Assembly (NCBI RefSeq): GCF_006345805.1
Contig: NC_043001.1
Coordinates: forward strand, 79,174,001-79,238,000
Source: Octopus sinensis
Taxonomy: Eukaryota
Length of the DNA stretch: 64,000 nucleotides
Direction of reading: 5' to 3'
Each line of letters opens with the position of its first letter. The first letter of the stretch is position 1. Both the position numbers and the translations under genes were made by a program. The notes below the pieces were generated by a model. It ran no database searches, was not told where the DNA came from, and saw only the letters and a program-made list of their open reading frames with translations. This document shows positions 13,540-25,265 of the stretch, in pieces.

Positions 13540-14320
13540 AGACTCGGCGTCGGCGCCCCCGTCTCGCGCTATTTCCACTCTACCGGTCACACTTTACAAC
13601 ACATATCTGTGTTTGGATTCTCCTTGCACAGGTGCCATCCGGACTCCCGTCTTCATCGTGCGCAGGAATTAATCTTCTCTCTTCGCTCCTTTGCACTGCA
13701 TGGGCTCAACTCTTCCCCTTTCTTCATCTAACCTTCCTCCTCTCTCCTCGCTTCCTCTCACACCTACTTCCTGCCACCCACCACTCCTCTCTTGCACTGG
13801 CACCTATTTCCTCTCTTCACTCCTACCCACCGTCTCCCTTCCATCCTCTCGCTTTATCGTCACCCCTCCCTCGTTACCCAACCTTACACATTCTAACACC
13901 ACCATCCCTATATCTACCTTCAACCCTACACCATCCCTTAGACACCACCCTTACTTCCCTCACTCTCGCCTTCCTCCACACCCCCAAAACCACCACACCA
14001 CATAATAAACCACATCACACCACCCCACCCACACTAGCACTGACCCCTTCCCAGTACCTACGCATGCACACACGCACACATCAAGGTCACCAGCCCCTTC
14101 TCCACGCACATACACACATACACACGCACGTGCACCTTCACACATACACAGGCACGTGCACCTTCGTTTTGGGATCACCACAACTTTATTGTCTCCCCTT
14201 CTTCCTAGCTTTCCTGTGTGATCCCTCTATCCGGCATTCGCAATGACAGATCGTTAGCCACTAGACCTTTTTCTGTTTTCTATCCCTGTTTATTTCTGTG
14301 TTCCTTTTAGTCGAAGAGCC
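13540..14320 (+). mobile_element. Penelope-like element 3' fragment (GIY-YIG C-terminus + C-rich terminal region)
   Basis: 13540-13731 encodes PVSRYFHSTGHTLQHISVFGF...RLHRAQELIFSLRSFALHGLN*, matching the PV..HF...GH....V.G...R...E..LIF.L....P.GLN end of PLE endonucleases. A G-poor tract follows. Confidence 0.8.
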
Positions 14321-14640
14321 TACTTATTTCATCGATCCCCGAAAGGATGAAAGGCAAAATGAACCTCGATGTAATTTGATCTCTGAATGTAGCGACGTGC
14401 TAAATACCTATTTCTTTATTACCCACAAGGGGATTAATACAGAGGGGACAAACAAGGACAGACAAACGGATTATGTCGATTACTCCACCCCAGTGCGTAA
14501 CTAGTATTTATTTAATCGACCCCGAAAGGATGAAAGGCAAAGTCGACCTCGGCAGAATTTGAACTCAGAGCGTGAATACAGACGAAATACGGCTACGCAT
14601 TTCACCTGGCGTGCTAACGTTTCTGCCAGCTCGCCGCCTT
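14321..14640 (-). mobile_element. SINE-B dimer (head-body-tail1-partial body)
   Basis: Minus strand shows the junction ...TAAAGAAATA|GGTATTT. Confidence 0.85.
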
Positions 14641-14670
14641 TGTAATAATAATAATAATAATAATAATAAT

Positions 14671-14701
<31 letters not shown>

Positions 14702-14706
14702 TAATC

Positions 14707-14840
14707 TTTTCTACTATAAGCACTAGAACTGAAATTCTGGGGGAGGGGACTAATCGATTACATCGACCCCAGTATTTCTTAATTTAACGACACCAAAAGA
14801 ATGAAAAGGAATGTCTACCTCGGCAGAATTTCAACTCAGA
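14707..14840 (-). mobile_element. SINE-B partial, tail 2, next to (TAA)n at 14641-14706
   Basis: Central block and tail 2 on the minus strand. Confidence 0.75.
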
Positions 14841-15099
14841 TTAATAATTTGAATAATGATAATTTAGAACAAGTAGGTATATTAAGAAAATAGTTGCTTT
14901 CCCTATAAAGGTTACTTCTGTCAACAAGTTGAGAGTGCAGTAATGTTATGTATACAAATTACATGTCTCTGGAGATTTGACAATACAGATAATTTACATT
15001 AGGTAATTGATGATGTTTCTTGTTTGTGAAATGTACGCATGATGGCGTAAGTTACTATCTTATGTACACTTTCTCATGTTTCTTTTGTTTATTTTCTAG

Positions 15100-15180
15100 A
15101 GTACGATATACACAAGAGCGGGGTTCTTGTTAAATGGGGCTACAAGACGAAAGGGAATATGGGTTACTTTCTAAATGCTG
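15100..15180 (+). CDS. Candidate 81-bp symmetric (phase 1) coding exon, product unknown
   Basis: Acceptor TTTCTTTTGTTTATTTTCTAG, donor CTG|GTAATT. Only one frame is open: YDIHKSGVLVKWGYKTKGNMGYFLNA. No homology recognised. Confidence 0.4.
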
Positions 15181-15226
15181 GTAATTTTTCCTCCATTCTA
15201 AGATTTAATTTAAACTACATGAACTA

Positions 15227-15281
<55 letters not shown>

Positions 15282-15553
15282 CCTATATATATATATATAT
15301 ATACGAGAAAGAAGCAACAAGAATGGATTAGTTTTTAGTACAATTGTTTCATACAAAGACAGGCTTTATTACAAGTTGCAAAAATTGCAGCAGATAAAAG
15401 TGTCCCGTACTCAAATGCTAAAATACATATGAGTTCTCTAGACATCTTAGTGGGTGAGGTTATACTCATGAAATATTGGAGATAATTCCATTAAAGGCAG
15501 ATATATATATCTGTCTATGTAAGTATGTATCTATCTATCAATCTGTCTGTTTT

Positions 15554-15634
<81 letters not shown>

Positions 15635-16526
15635 ATTTTTATGACTCCCACAAAAGTGTGTCAAACTTTTCCAATCAGAAACTCTACGTATTGCCATATG
15701 CTTGGCAAAAGGAATGCCGTTTATTTCGTTTAAAATAATCAATTTAACAGTTTAACTTGCGACTACAGGCATTCCTGCTTGTTAGGACCTTTACTTCATA
15801 GATATATTTGCAGGGGTCTTTGTTATCAAAACAGTCCCCGGCGTAGACAACCTGCGACACATACAGAGACACACAAAGAGACATGCATACATGCACACAA
15901 ACGGTCACGCACACACACACACACACACACACATACACACACACGCACATACTCATGGATACACATACTATAGGCGTGTGGTTCAAACGCACTCAGCAGT
16001 AATTTGAGCAAGAGCCTTCTCTTGTAGCTCAGGGGCAATCAATTTACTCCAGTATGCTGTGAGGGAATTTGGTAGACGGAAACTGTAAGGAAGTCCGCCA
16101 GATAACTACACACACACGCACACACACAAACACACACTCATAAACACATACACACATAAATATGCGTGTCATCGTGTTTGCTCTTGCTCGCCACCAGCAC
16201 TTGGCAAACGATGCTGGCTTGTTTACTTCACAGTAACGTGAGTGTTCGGCATAATAAATTGATACAAATAATTATTATACAAATTTATGGAATAAGTTGT
16301 TCGACTACACCCTTAAAAGCTGTGTGCCAGCATGACTCCAGGCTAATTACTAAAACTTGTAAACGAGAATAGTTAAAGTATATATACAACTGTACGAAGA
16401 GGTATCTCTGTATCTCCCTCATTTTATACATACACACACACACAAACACGCGCGCACACACAAACACGCGCACACACATATAGTATATATATATGTGTGT
16501 TTATGTGTATTTTTGTGTGGGGTGGG

Positions 16527-17160
16527 AGCAGGCATTACTGTGTTAAGAAGTCTGCTTCCCAACAACATGGTTCCGAGTTCAGTCCCACTGCGTGTCATCT
16601 TGGGCAAGTATCTTCTACTATAGCCTCGAGCCGACCAAAGCCTTGTGAGTGGATTTGGTAGACGGTAAGACCGTCGTATATATATATATGTGTGTGTTTG
16701 TGTGTATGTATCTTTTTATTTGGCTCCCCATCAACACTTGTCAACCGATATTATTGTGATTACGTCCCGGTAACTGAGCATTTCGGCAAAACAGTCCGAT
16801 AGTATAAGTACTAGGCTGTTGTGTGAACGCCCCCAGACGATGAAGTGGGCTAGCCCAATACATAGATATAGATGGAGAATTCTAGACGTCGGGAGTTGAG
16901 TAGAGGTCTTCAGAACGTGCGATATAACAGTGGCGACGAGGATGAGATACTCACACAGCCACTGTGTAGTATTGCGATATAACAGCGGCGACGAGTATTT
17001 CGTAGCACACACAGCCATTGTGTAGTATTGCGATATAACAGTGGCGACGGGGATTTCGTAGCACACACACCCACTGTGATGTAACATAAGCTTACAAAGA
17101 ATAAGTCCTGGGGGCGATTTCTTCGCCTAAAACCCTTTAAATCGGTTTAACAATATGGCA
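16527..17160 (+). mobile_element. SINE-A interrupted by an LTR-like insertion
   Basis: The family-A sequence GTACTAGGCTTACAAAG is split at TAGGC by the 16817-17086 insert. Confidence 0.8.
16817..17086 (+). mobile_element. 270-bp TGT...ACA-bounded LTR-like insertion with 5-bp TSD and three 55-56 bp internal repeats
   Basis: Starts TGTTGT, ends TGTAACA; flanks TAGGC/TAAGC (1 mismatch). Repeats start at 16919, 16974 and 17030. Confidence 0.7.
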
Positions 17161-17480
17161 ATAATAAAGAAAAGGGAACATTGCACTTCGGTAATTTGTT
17201 ATTCACAGCATATTATTATGACCTACACGTGTTTCGAATGCTGCAACTAAGCACTGTTGTAGATGCAGTCTTGCAGTATTGCCGGCGCATCTATCGGTGC
17301 GATTTTAATGCGAACCGTTGTGTGTTTAGCTGGTATCTGAAGCCGCATGGAGAGCAAGCACGATATCCGCCTGGATATTGTATCCCTGTAAACTTACACA
17401 CACACACACATATATAGGAATACGAGTCAAAACGACGGCTTATCTATTTACAAACAAGGTTTTTAAATTGCGAGTACCCA

Positions 17481-17873
17481 CTTTTACTCTTTTACTCTTT
17501 TACGTGTTTCAGTCATTTGACTGTGGCCATGCCGGAGCACCGCCTTTAGTCGAGAAAATCGACCCCAGGACTTATTCTTTGTAAGCCCAGTACTTATTCT
17601 ATCGGCCTCTTTTGTCGAACCGCTAATTTACGGGGACGTAAACACACTACCATCGGTTGTCAAGCGATGTTGGAAGGACAAACACAAACACATAAACACA
17701 CACTCATACATATACACGACGGGCTTCTTTCAATTTCCGTCTACCAAATCCACTCACTAGGCTTTGGTCGGCCCGAGGCTATAGTAGAAGACAATTGCCC
17801 AAGTTGCCACGCAGTAGGAATGAACCCGGAACCATGTGGTTCGTAAGCAAGCTACTTACCACGCAGCCACTCC
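17481..17873 (-). mobile_element. Full-length SINE-A
   Basis: tRNA-like head, CORE-like CTTGGGCAA block, internal (TG)n, and tail GGCGGTGCTCCGGCATGGCCACAGTCAAATGACTGAAAC + (GTAAAAGA)n. Confidence 0.9.
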
Positions 17874-17973
17874 TGTGCATTAATTTTTTTTTCCACTTTA
17901 CCATGTTACCGAATCAGCAACCGATTCCTTTGGTATTTTCTATAAACTGACAAAGCGAGTTCACTTTTAATCC

Positions 17974-18048
17974 TAGGCAAAGGAGTAAGTGTCACTGATG
18001 AGGATTAATTCAATCCGAAATCAACGAGGATCTGAAGCTCCTTGCTTG
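17974..18048 (+). ncRNA. Type I hammerhead ribozyme fold (HHR1)
   Basis: CTGATGA 17995-18001; stem II GGATT/AATCC; GAAA 18017-20; stem III TC/GA; cleavage triplet ATC after 18032; stem I TCA/TGA, internal loop, then AAGGAG/CTCCTT. Confidence 0.65.
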
Positions 18049-18220
18049 CAGCAGGGAGGTTAGTCTCCCTTGACAGTATATAGATAAACGTTTGCCCGTA
18101 GCTAAGAGTTGTCGTGATTGTTATCGCTAGCAACGCTTGTGCTGATTTACATCGTTACTCACTTTGAATTCTCCGCCACAGTGATTTTTGTACTCGTGTC
18201 GTTTTGTCTTTAAATTTAAT

Positions 18221-18430
18221 TCTTTATTAGCCACCAGGGCCGATATAGACGTACAATGCAGGAAAGATAAGAACAATCAGGGGTCTACAACAGGGCTGCA
18301 TGGGTGGATTGAAGAACAAAATGAAATAACAAGATAGAAATTAAACATGGTATAATGACGAAATGTTGAGCGTGGAAGATGAAATGTTGAGCGTGGAAAC
18401 GAAGAGCCACCTTAATGATTTTGGTGTTAG
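18221..18430 (-). mobile_element. Probable LINE 3' UTR remnant with the same terminal motif as the L1/Tx1 copy
   Basis: Minus strand ends GGTGGCTAATAAAGAA like 2635-2650; contains a short tandem duplication of GAAATGTTGAGCGTGGAA. No ORF seen. Confidence 0.4.
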
Positions 18431-18443
18431 CATGTGTTTGTGT

Positions 18444-18509
<66 letters not shown>

Positions 18510-18996
18510 ATGTGTGAGTGTCTTTCTTCTCGTATTTCTTTCCCTGCATGTCATGTCATGTCTCAGAATATGACATTAACGCTTTGGATGTCATTAGTAG
18601 AACCGTTGTAGAGGGATATATTCTCTTAGTTTATCTGTAAAGAAAATGTTGAAGTATGAATGGAATGACTCTAAAATAACTGGAAGAGTGAAACACAGAG
18701 AGAAAGAGAGAGAGGGGGGATAAAAGGAGACAGAGAAGAGCGAGGGTCAAAGAGAGAAAGACAGGAAGTAGAGTGTGTTTGTTGGTAAACAGACGCTTAA
18801 GTTAAAAGGGAGCAAACATAAGTTTGTGTGTTAGTTTGTGTGTTTCTGTGTATGAGTATTTCTGTGTTTGTGTATATGTACGCATATATGCATATCTGTA
18901 TGCGTTTTTACGTTTCTACATATAAGGGTGTTTATGTATGCGCATATAAAAGAATATATATATATATGCGTGTATGTATACATATATGTGTGTGTG

Positions 18997-19031
<35 letters not shown>

Positions 19032-19192
19032 GTACATGTATCTATCTATCTCTATATCTATATGTACATATACACACACACAAACAGACATGTATATACA
19101 TAGGTACGTGCATATACGAACATATATATATGCATATACACATACATGCATACATATATATATATAGACACACACTCACACACATGTGGATA

Positions 19193-19247
<55 letters not shown>

Positions 19248-19626
19248 ATACACACGCATGCACACAAGCATAGAGGCGGTTGCTGTGATCGTAGGGAATG
19301 AAGGGATGAAAAGATGAAAGCGGGTATAAGTAAATGAAGAAATGAAAGAGAATTTAGACGCTAAATAAACGTAATTGAAGGAGTCGAAACAGAGATTTCG
19401 AAAGTGAATGAGGGACAGGCATAGAGAAGGTTGTATATAGATACGCGCGACTTTGTGTGTGAGCTTGGTGGTGTGTATGTTCATGTTTGTAAATATGAGT
19501 GTGGAAAACGAGAAAAAACAATGGTAAGAAACAATTTGTGTAATTACGAACGTAAAAAGGAAGAAAGAAAATAACAGCAAATTGTATATATGTATGCATA
19601 CACATAGACACACACACACACATATA

Positions 19627-19722
<96 letters not shown>

Positions 19723-19760
19723 TACATATATATGTATATGTGTGTGTGTGTGTACATACA
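18430..19760. repeat. (TG)n/(TA)n microsatellite field
   Basis: Direct; unique islands at ~18540-18830 and 19270-19580. Confidence 0.85.
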
Positions 19761-20673
19761 AACACGCCGATAGGGAGAAAAAATGTGATAGAAGGCACTG
19801 ATGTGTGTGCGCGTGCCTACTTATTTTGCGAGTGTGCGTGTATGTAGGCGTGTGTTTTTGTGTGTGTGGTTTCTGTGTGTCCATGTGTCTTTGAATGTTT
19901 ATGTAATACCGAAAATGGAGATATAAGAAAGTTACTTCCAGCTCAGTTAATAGTTTCTTAAAAGAACTTCAAATAAACCAATTAGAATTTAGTTGTTCAA
20001 TAAGAACTTTCTACTAGACATCATTTTCGATTACTTCACAAACTTCGCTTCTATTTAGCCGTTTTAATTCCTACGCACTCTATCTCACTGTCCTTGCTTC
20101 ACATCTCTCTCTCTCTCTCTCTCACTATATATATATGTATATATGCACATATGTATGTGTGTTTCAGTGTTGATAAGATATTGCTTCGTTCTTTTCAGAG
20201 AGTTCTTTTATTTTTAATTTTGTGGTTCGGATTTTAACAGATGAAGGTAGAGAGGGAGCTGCGCAGTGTTCTAATGCATTCATGGCAAGGTAGACTGAAG
20301 TGGCAAAATTGATGAGTTTGACTGGGGCTATTCTGAGTAACTGGGAAACGAGTCATTGTACACGGTGAAGTGTGTACAGTAATCCAGGCCTTGTTCCGTT
20401 GGTTTCTGTTTTGTTTTGTTTTGTTTTTGTTTTCCTGTACTACATTACTTGGAGGATTTTTTTTTTTGAAATCTTTCGGAATTCTATTTTTATAAATTCT
20501 TGTCTTATTAAATCTTTATTGTTGTTGATTTCCATTTTGCCTGTGACTACGTGTAGATGAATGTGTATCACCTAATACTAACATTTAATTGTTTGTATTA
20601 GTTTCATTATGGAAGTTGTTTCTTTTTCTTCACCCGCCATCCTTTTGTTTAGCTCCATTTCTAGACATTTGTT

Positions 20674-20735
20674 TTTCCGCACAAACATTGTGCGGAAACT
20701 GTCTCACAAACTGTCGAATGCAGTTTGTGAGACGG
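20674..20735. other. Two abutting near-perfect hairpins
   Basis: TTTCCGCACA-AACAT-TGTGCGGAAA immediately followed by CTGTCTCACAAACTG-TCGAATG-CAGTTTGTGAGACGG. Confidence 0.8.
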
Positions 20736-21249
20736 TTGCAATATGCTAACAGTTTTGAGTATGAACCGGAAAAAAGAATGAAAAAAGCAATGTGCATGTG
20801 CACGCTGAATTCGTAAAACGGAAGAAAAGAATATAAACGCAATGCGCATGTCAAAATGAAACGGAAGAGTAGAAGAAAACAAGTTATATGATGGTCTGCA
20901 TGCCACGTCTTACACCACTCTCACGCAGCTTTGCTGCAATTTTCTTGATGAAACTTTTTTCTATTTCTATTTAGATACCTGTTTCTGTATTCTGGAATAC
21001 GCACTCTCTAGTACAAGCACCTGAATTTCCTCAAAAGTATAGCGATTATTGAAGTTATATCCTCCTACAGGACATGGTCCGGCAATACACTTCTTGCTGC
21101 AGTTCTGCTTTTCGTGTGGTTCTATGAGGGGACAATTAGAAAAGTTGAAAAACTGTCTGTGGCAGTAATATGAGAACTAGGAGTAAAATTAAAGAATCGA
21201 TCAAGTTTAACAACCAATAGATTGTAAGGATACCGTAAGAATTGTATCC

Positions 21250-21700
21250 ATCACTTATTTTCGCTGTTACCATTAGTGCTTCTTGGCAAACACTTTTCTC
21301 TCATAAACTGCGGTAAGGTAACGTTCGTCACCATCGTCATCACCACTATTATTTCTCGACATTTGATAGTTTCAAGTAACTCTCTATTGCATCACTTGCT
21401 GCGGTTGGCAAGAATTCTGCCAATTTTCCGACTAAGAATTAGGCTACATCAAGGGGAGTAACGCCTAGGTTTTTGACAAATGGTTTCAGCAAGCCCACCC
21501 GATGCACTGTACCAGTTTTATATGTCTTTTCCATGTCATTTTTCTGATCTCTTTCATAAATTCTTCCACAAAAGAGTGGCACCCGGCTTGAATTACCACA
21601 CTTACTTACAGTCAATGATTTTCACTATTTTTATACCAAATATTAATGGCATCGGCCGGAAAGGCTTCAAGAGATCATTGAAGGTCGCAGAATACATAGG
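21250..21700 (-). mobile_element. Highly decayed repeat, probably R4/Dong LINE; homologous to 34470-34615
   Basis: Reverse complement of 21250-21405 aligns closely with 34470-34615 (GTGATGCAATAGA...TTACTTGAAACTATCAAATGTCGA...GAGAGAAAAGTGTTTGCCAAGAA). The Dong assignment rests on weak peptide resemblance. Confidence 0.45.
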
Positions 21701-21739
21701 GCGGGTAATCCGGTTTTATGGTGCATAATTGACCGAGGT

Positions 21740-21925
21740 CACAACATTCCCTTCAGATGGTACGTTAGTCGGTAGCAGGGTTTCTCCTTTACAGCTGAGT
21801 GAACTGAAGCGATGTGACATGAAATGTTTTCCCAGAAGAGCGCATCGCATTGCATCGTCCTGAAATCAAATCTACGATCTAGTGACCGCGGGAACAGCAC
21901 CCTTAATACTTGGTCAAAGGCCTTT
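21740..21925 (-). mobile_element. Degenerate SINE, family D-like
   Basis: Reverse complement resembles the 57545 head/CORE-like block (...TTCACTCAGCTGTAAA). Confidence 0.5.
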
Positions 21926-22341
21926 ACACTTCTGAACAAACAAACAAAAAATTAAAAAACTAAAGATCTGTCGGAACAGCACAGCAAACAAACAGAGCCA
22001 AATATAACAAGAATTTCAAAAACCAAAAGAGTAACAACACCTGGAAGAAAAAGCAAAGAAACAAAAAGGATCACGCATTTAGGTGAACCACCAGGAATAT
22101 ATGAAAGATAGTAAAGAATTTGTTGAAATAAGACTTCACAATTTGTTGGGTTTTTTTTTATAGAATTTGAGTCATCACAAGAAAGCAGCGGAACACGACT
22201 GTAGTAACTCTAATGGAAGATAAAGGAGAAACTCGAATATTCTGCCACATCATTTTACAACAAGAAATTCGGGCGTTGATTTCAAGCCTGGTTTTGTTGG
22301 TCATCGTTGCCAGAAGGGAGTTAATAAAAAATTGGTCTCAA

Positions 22342-22560
22342 AAGGCGGTGAGCTGGCAGAAACGTTAGCACGCTGGGCGAAATGCCAAACGGTATTTCGT
22401 CTGTCTACATGTTCTGAGTTCAAATTCCTCCGAGGTCGAATTTGCCTTTCATCCTTTCAGTGTTGATGAAATAAGTACCAGTTGCGTAGTGGGGTCGATC
22501 TAATCGACTGGACCCCTCCCCCGAAAATTTCGGGCCTTGTGCCTAGTGTAGGAAAGAATA
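22342..22560 (+). mobile_element. SINE-B, tail 2
   Basis: Complete head, body and tail 2. Confidence 0.9.
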
Positions 22561-22737
22561 AATTAGTTGCTGTGATTTCGACTGCTTTTGTTTTTCCTGT
22601 GGCATAAAATACCTATAGGTGAACTCTGATCCAGCAAAGCTATGATCAAAAGTGGCTGTTCTGCTAATACGATTAGTGGTATGTAGAATTTGAGTGAAAT
22701 TCATTTGCTATTTCGCATCTCGAGTGTATCATTCTCT

Positions 22738-23100
22738 TTTCTTTTACTTATTTCAGTCATCCGACGGCGTTCATGCTAGAGTTCGGTCTTTAAGTATTTA
22801 GTTGAAAATAACCCGAAGCACTATTCATTTTAAAGCATGGCAATTATTTTATCGTTCTCCTACATTACGGTGTTGTAAACAAAGCAACACCGGCTGTCAA
22901 GTGGTGGAGAGGAGAGTCACAAATAAAAATACACACACATATCTATGACGTATTTCCAGAGTTTCCGACTACCAAATTGACAGACATGTCATAGGTTTGC
23001 CCGGGGCAGTAGTGAAAGACACCCGTCCAAACTGTGCATTGAAAATGAACCAAAACCGTTCGGCTGCACTTGAACTTCTCAACCACACAACAACCAGCAC
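22738..23100 (-). mobile_element. Degenerate SINE-A
   Basis: TTTCAGTCAT tail and TTTCCGACTACCAAAT block on the plus strand match the reverse complement of family A. Confidence 0.55.
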
Positions 23101-23956
23101 AGCTCTGTCTTTGGTTCGATGTTTCTGGTCGATATAATATGAATGCAGTCGCTACAGCTTTCACTGCGTAGGAAAATGATCGAGGAGAAGTGATACAATA
23201 TATTTTAATGCACTGATCATATTTCTATATCTGGAAATAATCTTGACCAATTCCAGACAAAAAAAATAATCTAGGTCAGATGCTGAATTAACGGAGAAAA
23301 AAGAAAGAAGAATATTTAGGACAGATGCTAAGTTAAATGAGAACAAAAAGATTCATTCTAAAAATGCAATGGCACGGAAACCGTAAAGATTTTTCTGCCT
23401 TAGGTAAGGTAAAGCAGGGAAAAAGTTTTTGGCAGTATTTACAACGACGTGAACTACAACAATAGAAGAGAATCATAAAAATAATGGCATAAAAGCAACA
23501 CGAAAGGCCAAAAATAGTAAAAGACATGGCAACACCTAAAGACATGACAACGCTAAAAGACATGACAATAGCTAAAGAGAGAACATCACCATCAGAAAAT
23601 ACATCAACATGACAAAGACAACAGTAAAAGTCTCAGCGTTAAGAATAAACATAGCGATAATCAACTGTGTGCCAACGTGGGATACCTGAAGTGGACACTC
23701 CATCAGATGGAGATAGTAGATAAGTACCCCTTAAATCAAATCATATTCTACAGTTTTGAAAAACAGATCGCATCGGATAATGTAGTCCAGAGTTGCTTGT
23801 GCAAATACGAAAGACGGGATTGGCATGTCTGAAATAAACATTTTGAACATTGTTCTGTTTGATCACTGCCGAAGCTGATTGTGTACTAAACAGCAAAAAC
23901 CACAACAACAACATAAAAACAAAAAAAAAAGACTGGTCAGGACGAAAAGACAAAAA

Positions 23957-23987
<31 letters not shown>

Positions 23988-24161
23988 ATAGATAAGAAGT
24001 AACAACTAAAGAGACAGTGAGGAAGTGACAAGGACTTGCAGGTGCTCATTGCACAAATATCTGAATTGCACCCATGTAATGCTAAAAGACGGCAACAACA
24101 ATAGCAACAAGAAAATGGCATTGATCAACATGTCATTGTCCTACAGCAATGTAGTCGTAGA

Positions 24162-24205
<44 letters not shown>

Positions 24206-24535
24206 CCACCACCACCACCATCCTCATCATCATCATCATCATCATCATTTAATGTTCGATTTCATTAACGTCATCATCATCATCATCATTGCTATCTTCG
24301 CCATCATGAATATCTTTTGATATCAATAAGTCCACACATTCATTATTATTTCAATCTTCATTCTCCTCCTGGTGAACACATCCACCACCATTATAGACCT
24401 CGTCACCATCATCATCATCAGCAGCAGCAGCATCAATAACAACAACAGCAACCTGAACAAAAAGAACATATTTCAGTATCGTCATCATCATCATCCTCAT
24501 CATCGCCGTCGCGGCCGTCATCATCAACGGCATCT
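24162..24535. repeat. (CAT)n/(CAC)n microsatellite
   Basis: Direct. Confidence 0.9.
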
Positions 24536-25032
24536 TCATTACCTTCATAGATCCCAACCTCTCCTTATTCCAATCTCCAAACTTCTCCATCCCTAACACC
24601 TTCCTCCTGCGATTTAAAACATTCACACCATGTAACCATCTATTCTCCAAAGATGCATCATTTCTCCTTCTTTCCTCTCTGCATTTTCACTGACTTTCTT
24701 TTTTTCTCCTCTCTGTAATTCAATATCTGTCCGCCATGTTTTTCCTCGGCTGTTACTTTGGTGATGCTGTTGATGTTCCTCGTCTTGTTACATGCTATGT
24801 TTTCGTTATTTTTGTTGTTATATTCATGCCAATGTTGTTGTTATCATAGCTGCTGAGAAGACTACTGTTATCGTTACCGTTGCCAGTAATGGTACGTTGG
24901 ATTATATGATAATCATGATGGTCTTTGTGGCTTCTTAGTGTAGTGGTGCTTTATTTTGTTATTGGTGGTGGTAGTCCAAGAGAAGATGTTGGTGTTATTG
25001 TTATTATTGTTCGTGTTTATGCTGAAGCGGTT

Positions 25033-25084
<52 letters not shown>

Positions 25085-25085
25085 A

Positions 25086-25157
<72 letters not shown>

Positions 25158-25265
25158 ATTATCATCATCATCATCATCATTATTATTATTATTATTATTA
25201 TTGTTTTTGTTATTATTATTATTATTATTATTATCATTATTATCATTATTACTATTATTATTATT
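25033..25265. repeat. (TTA)n microsatellite
   Basis: Direct. Confidence 0.95.

Noticed and set aside
15339-15453. Possible exon next to the 15100 candidate
   Set aside because: The open plus-strand frame is not phase-compatible with the 15100-15180 exon, and an equally plausible minus-strand reading exists.
15744-15851. Minus-strand Cys-rich terminal exon candidate (VVYAGDCFDNKDPCKYIYEVKVLTSRNACSRKLNC*), superficially MRH-like
   Set aside because: The Cys spacing does not fit the MRH end motif as I recall it, the acceptor lies in a (TG)n-derived tract, and competing frames exist on the other strand.
16919-17086. CRISPR-like periodic repeats (also the 184-bp SINE arrays)
   Set aside because: The units are similar along their whole length (no unique spacers), the context is eukaryotic, and no cas genes are present.
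17222-17260. Minus-strand GAAA-CACGTG-TA, like a palindromic hammerhead stem III
   Set aside because: No CTGANGA or stem II upstream, and no stem I complement.
17181-17400. GC-richer island with protein-like frames on both strands
   Set aside because: Candidate frames are short or interrupted by stops, and none is recognisable; strand cannot be decided.
23520-23573. 3 x 18-bp in-frame repeat (KDMATP/KDMTTL/KDMTIA)
   Set aside because: The surrounding frame is short and closed by stops; treated as a minisatellite.
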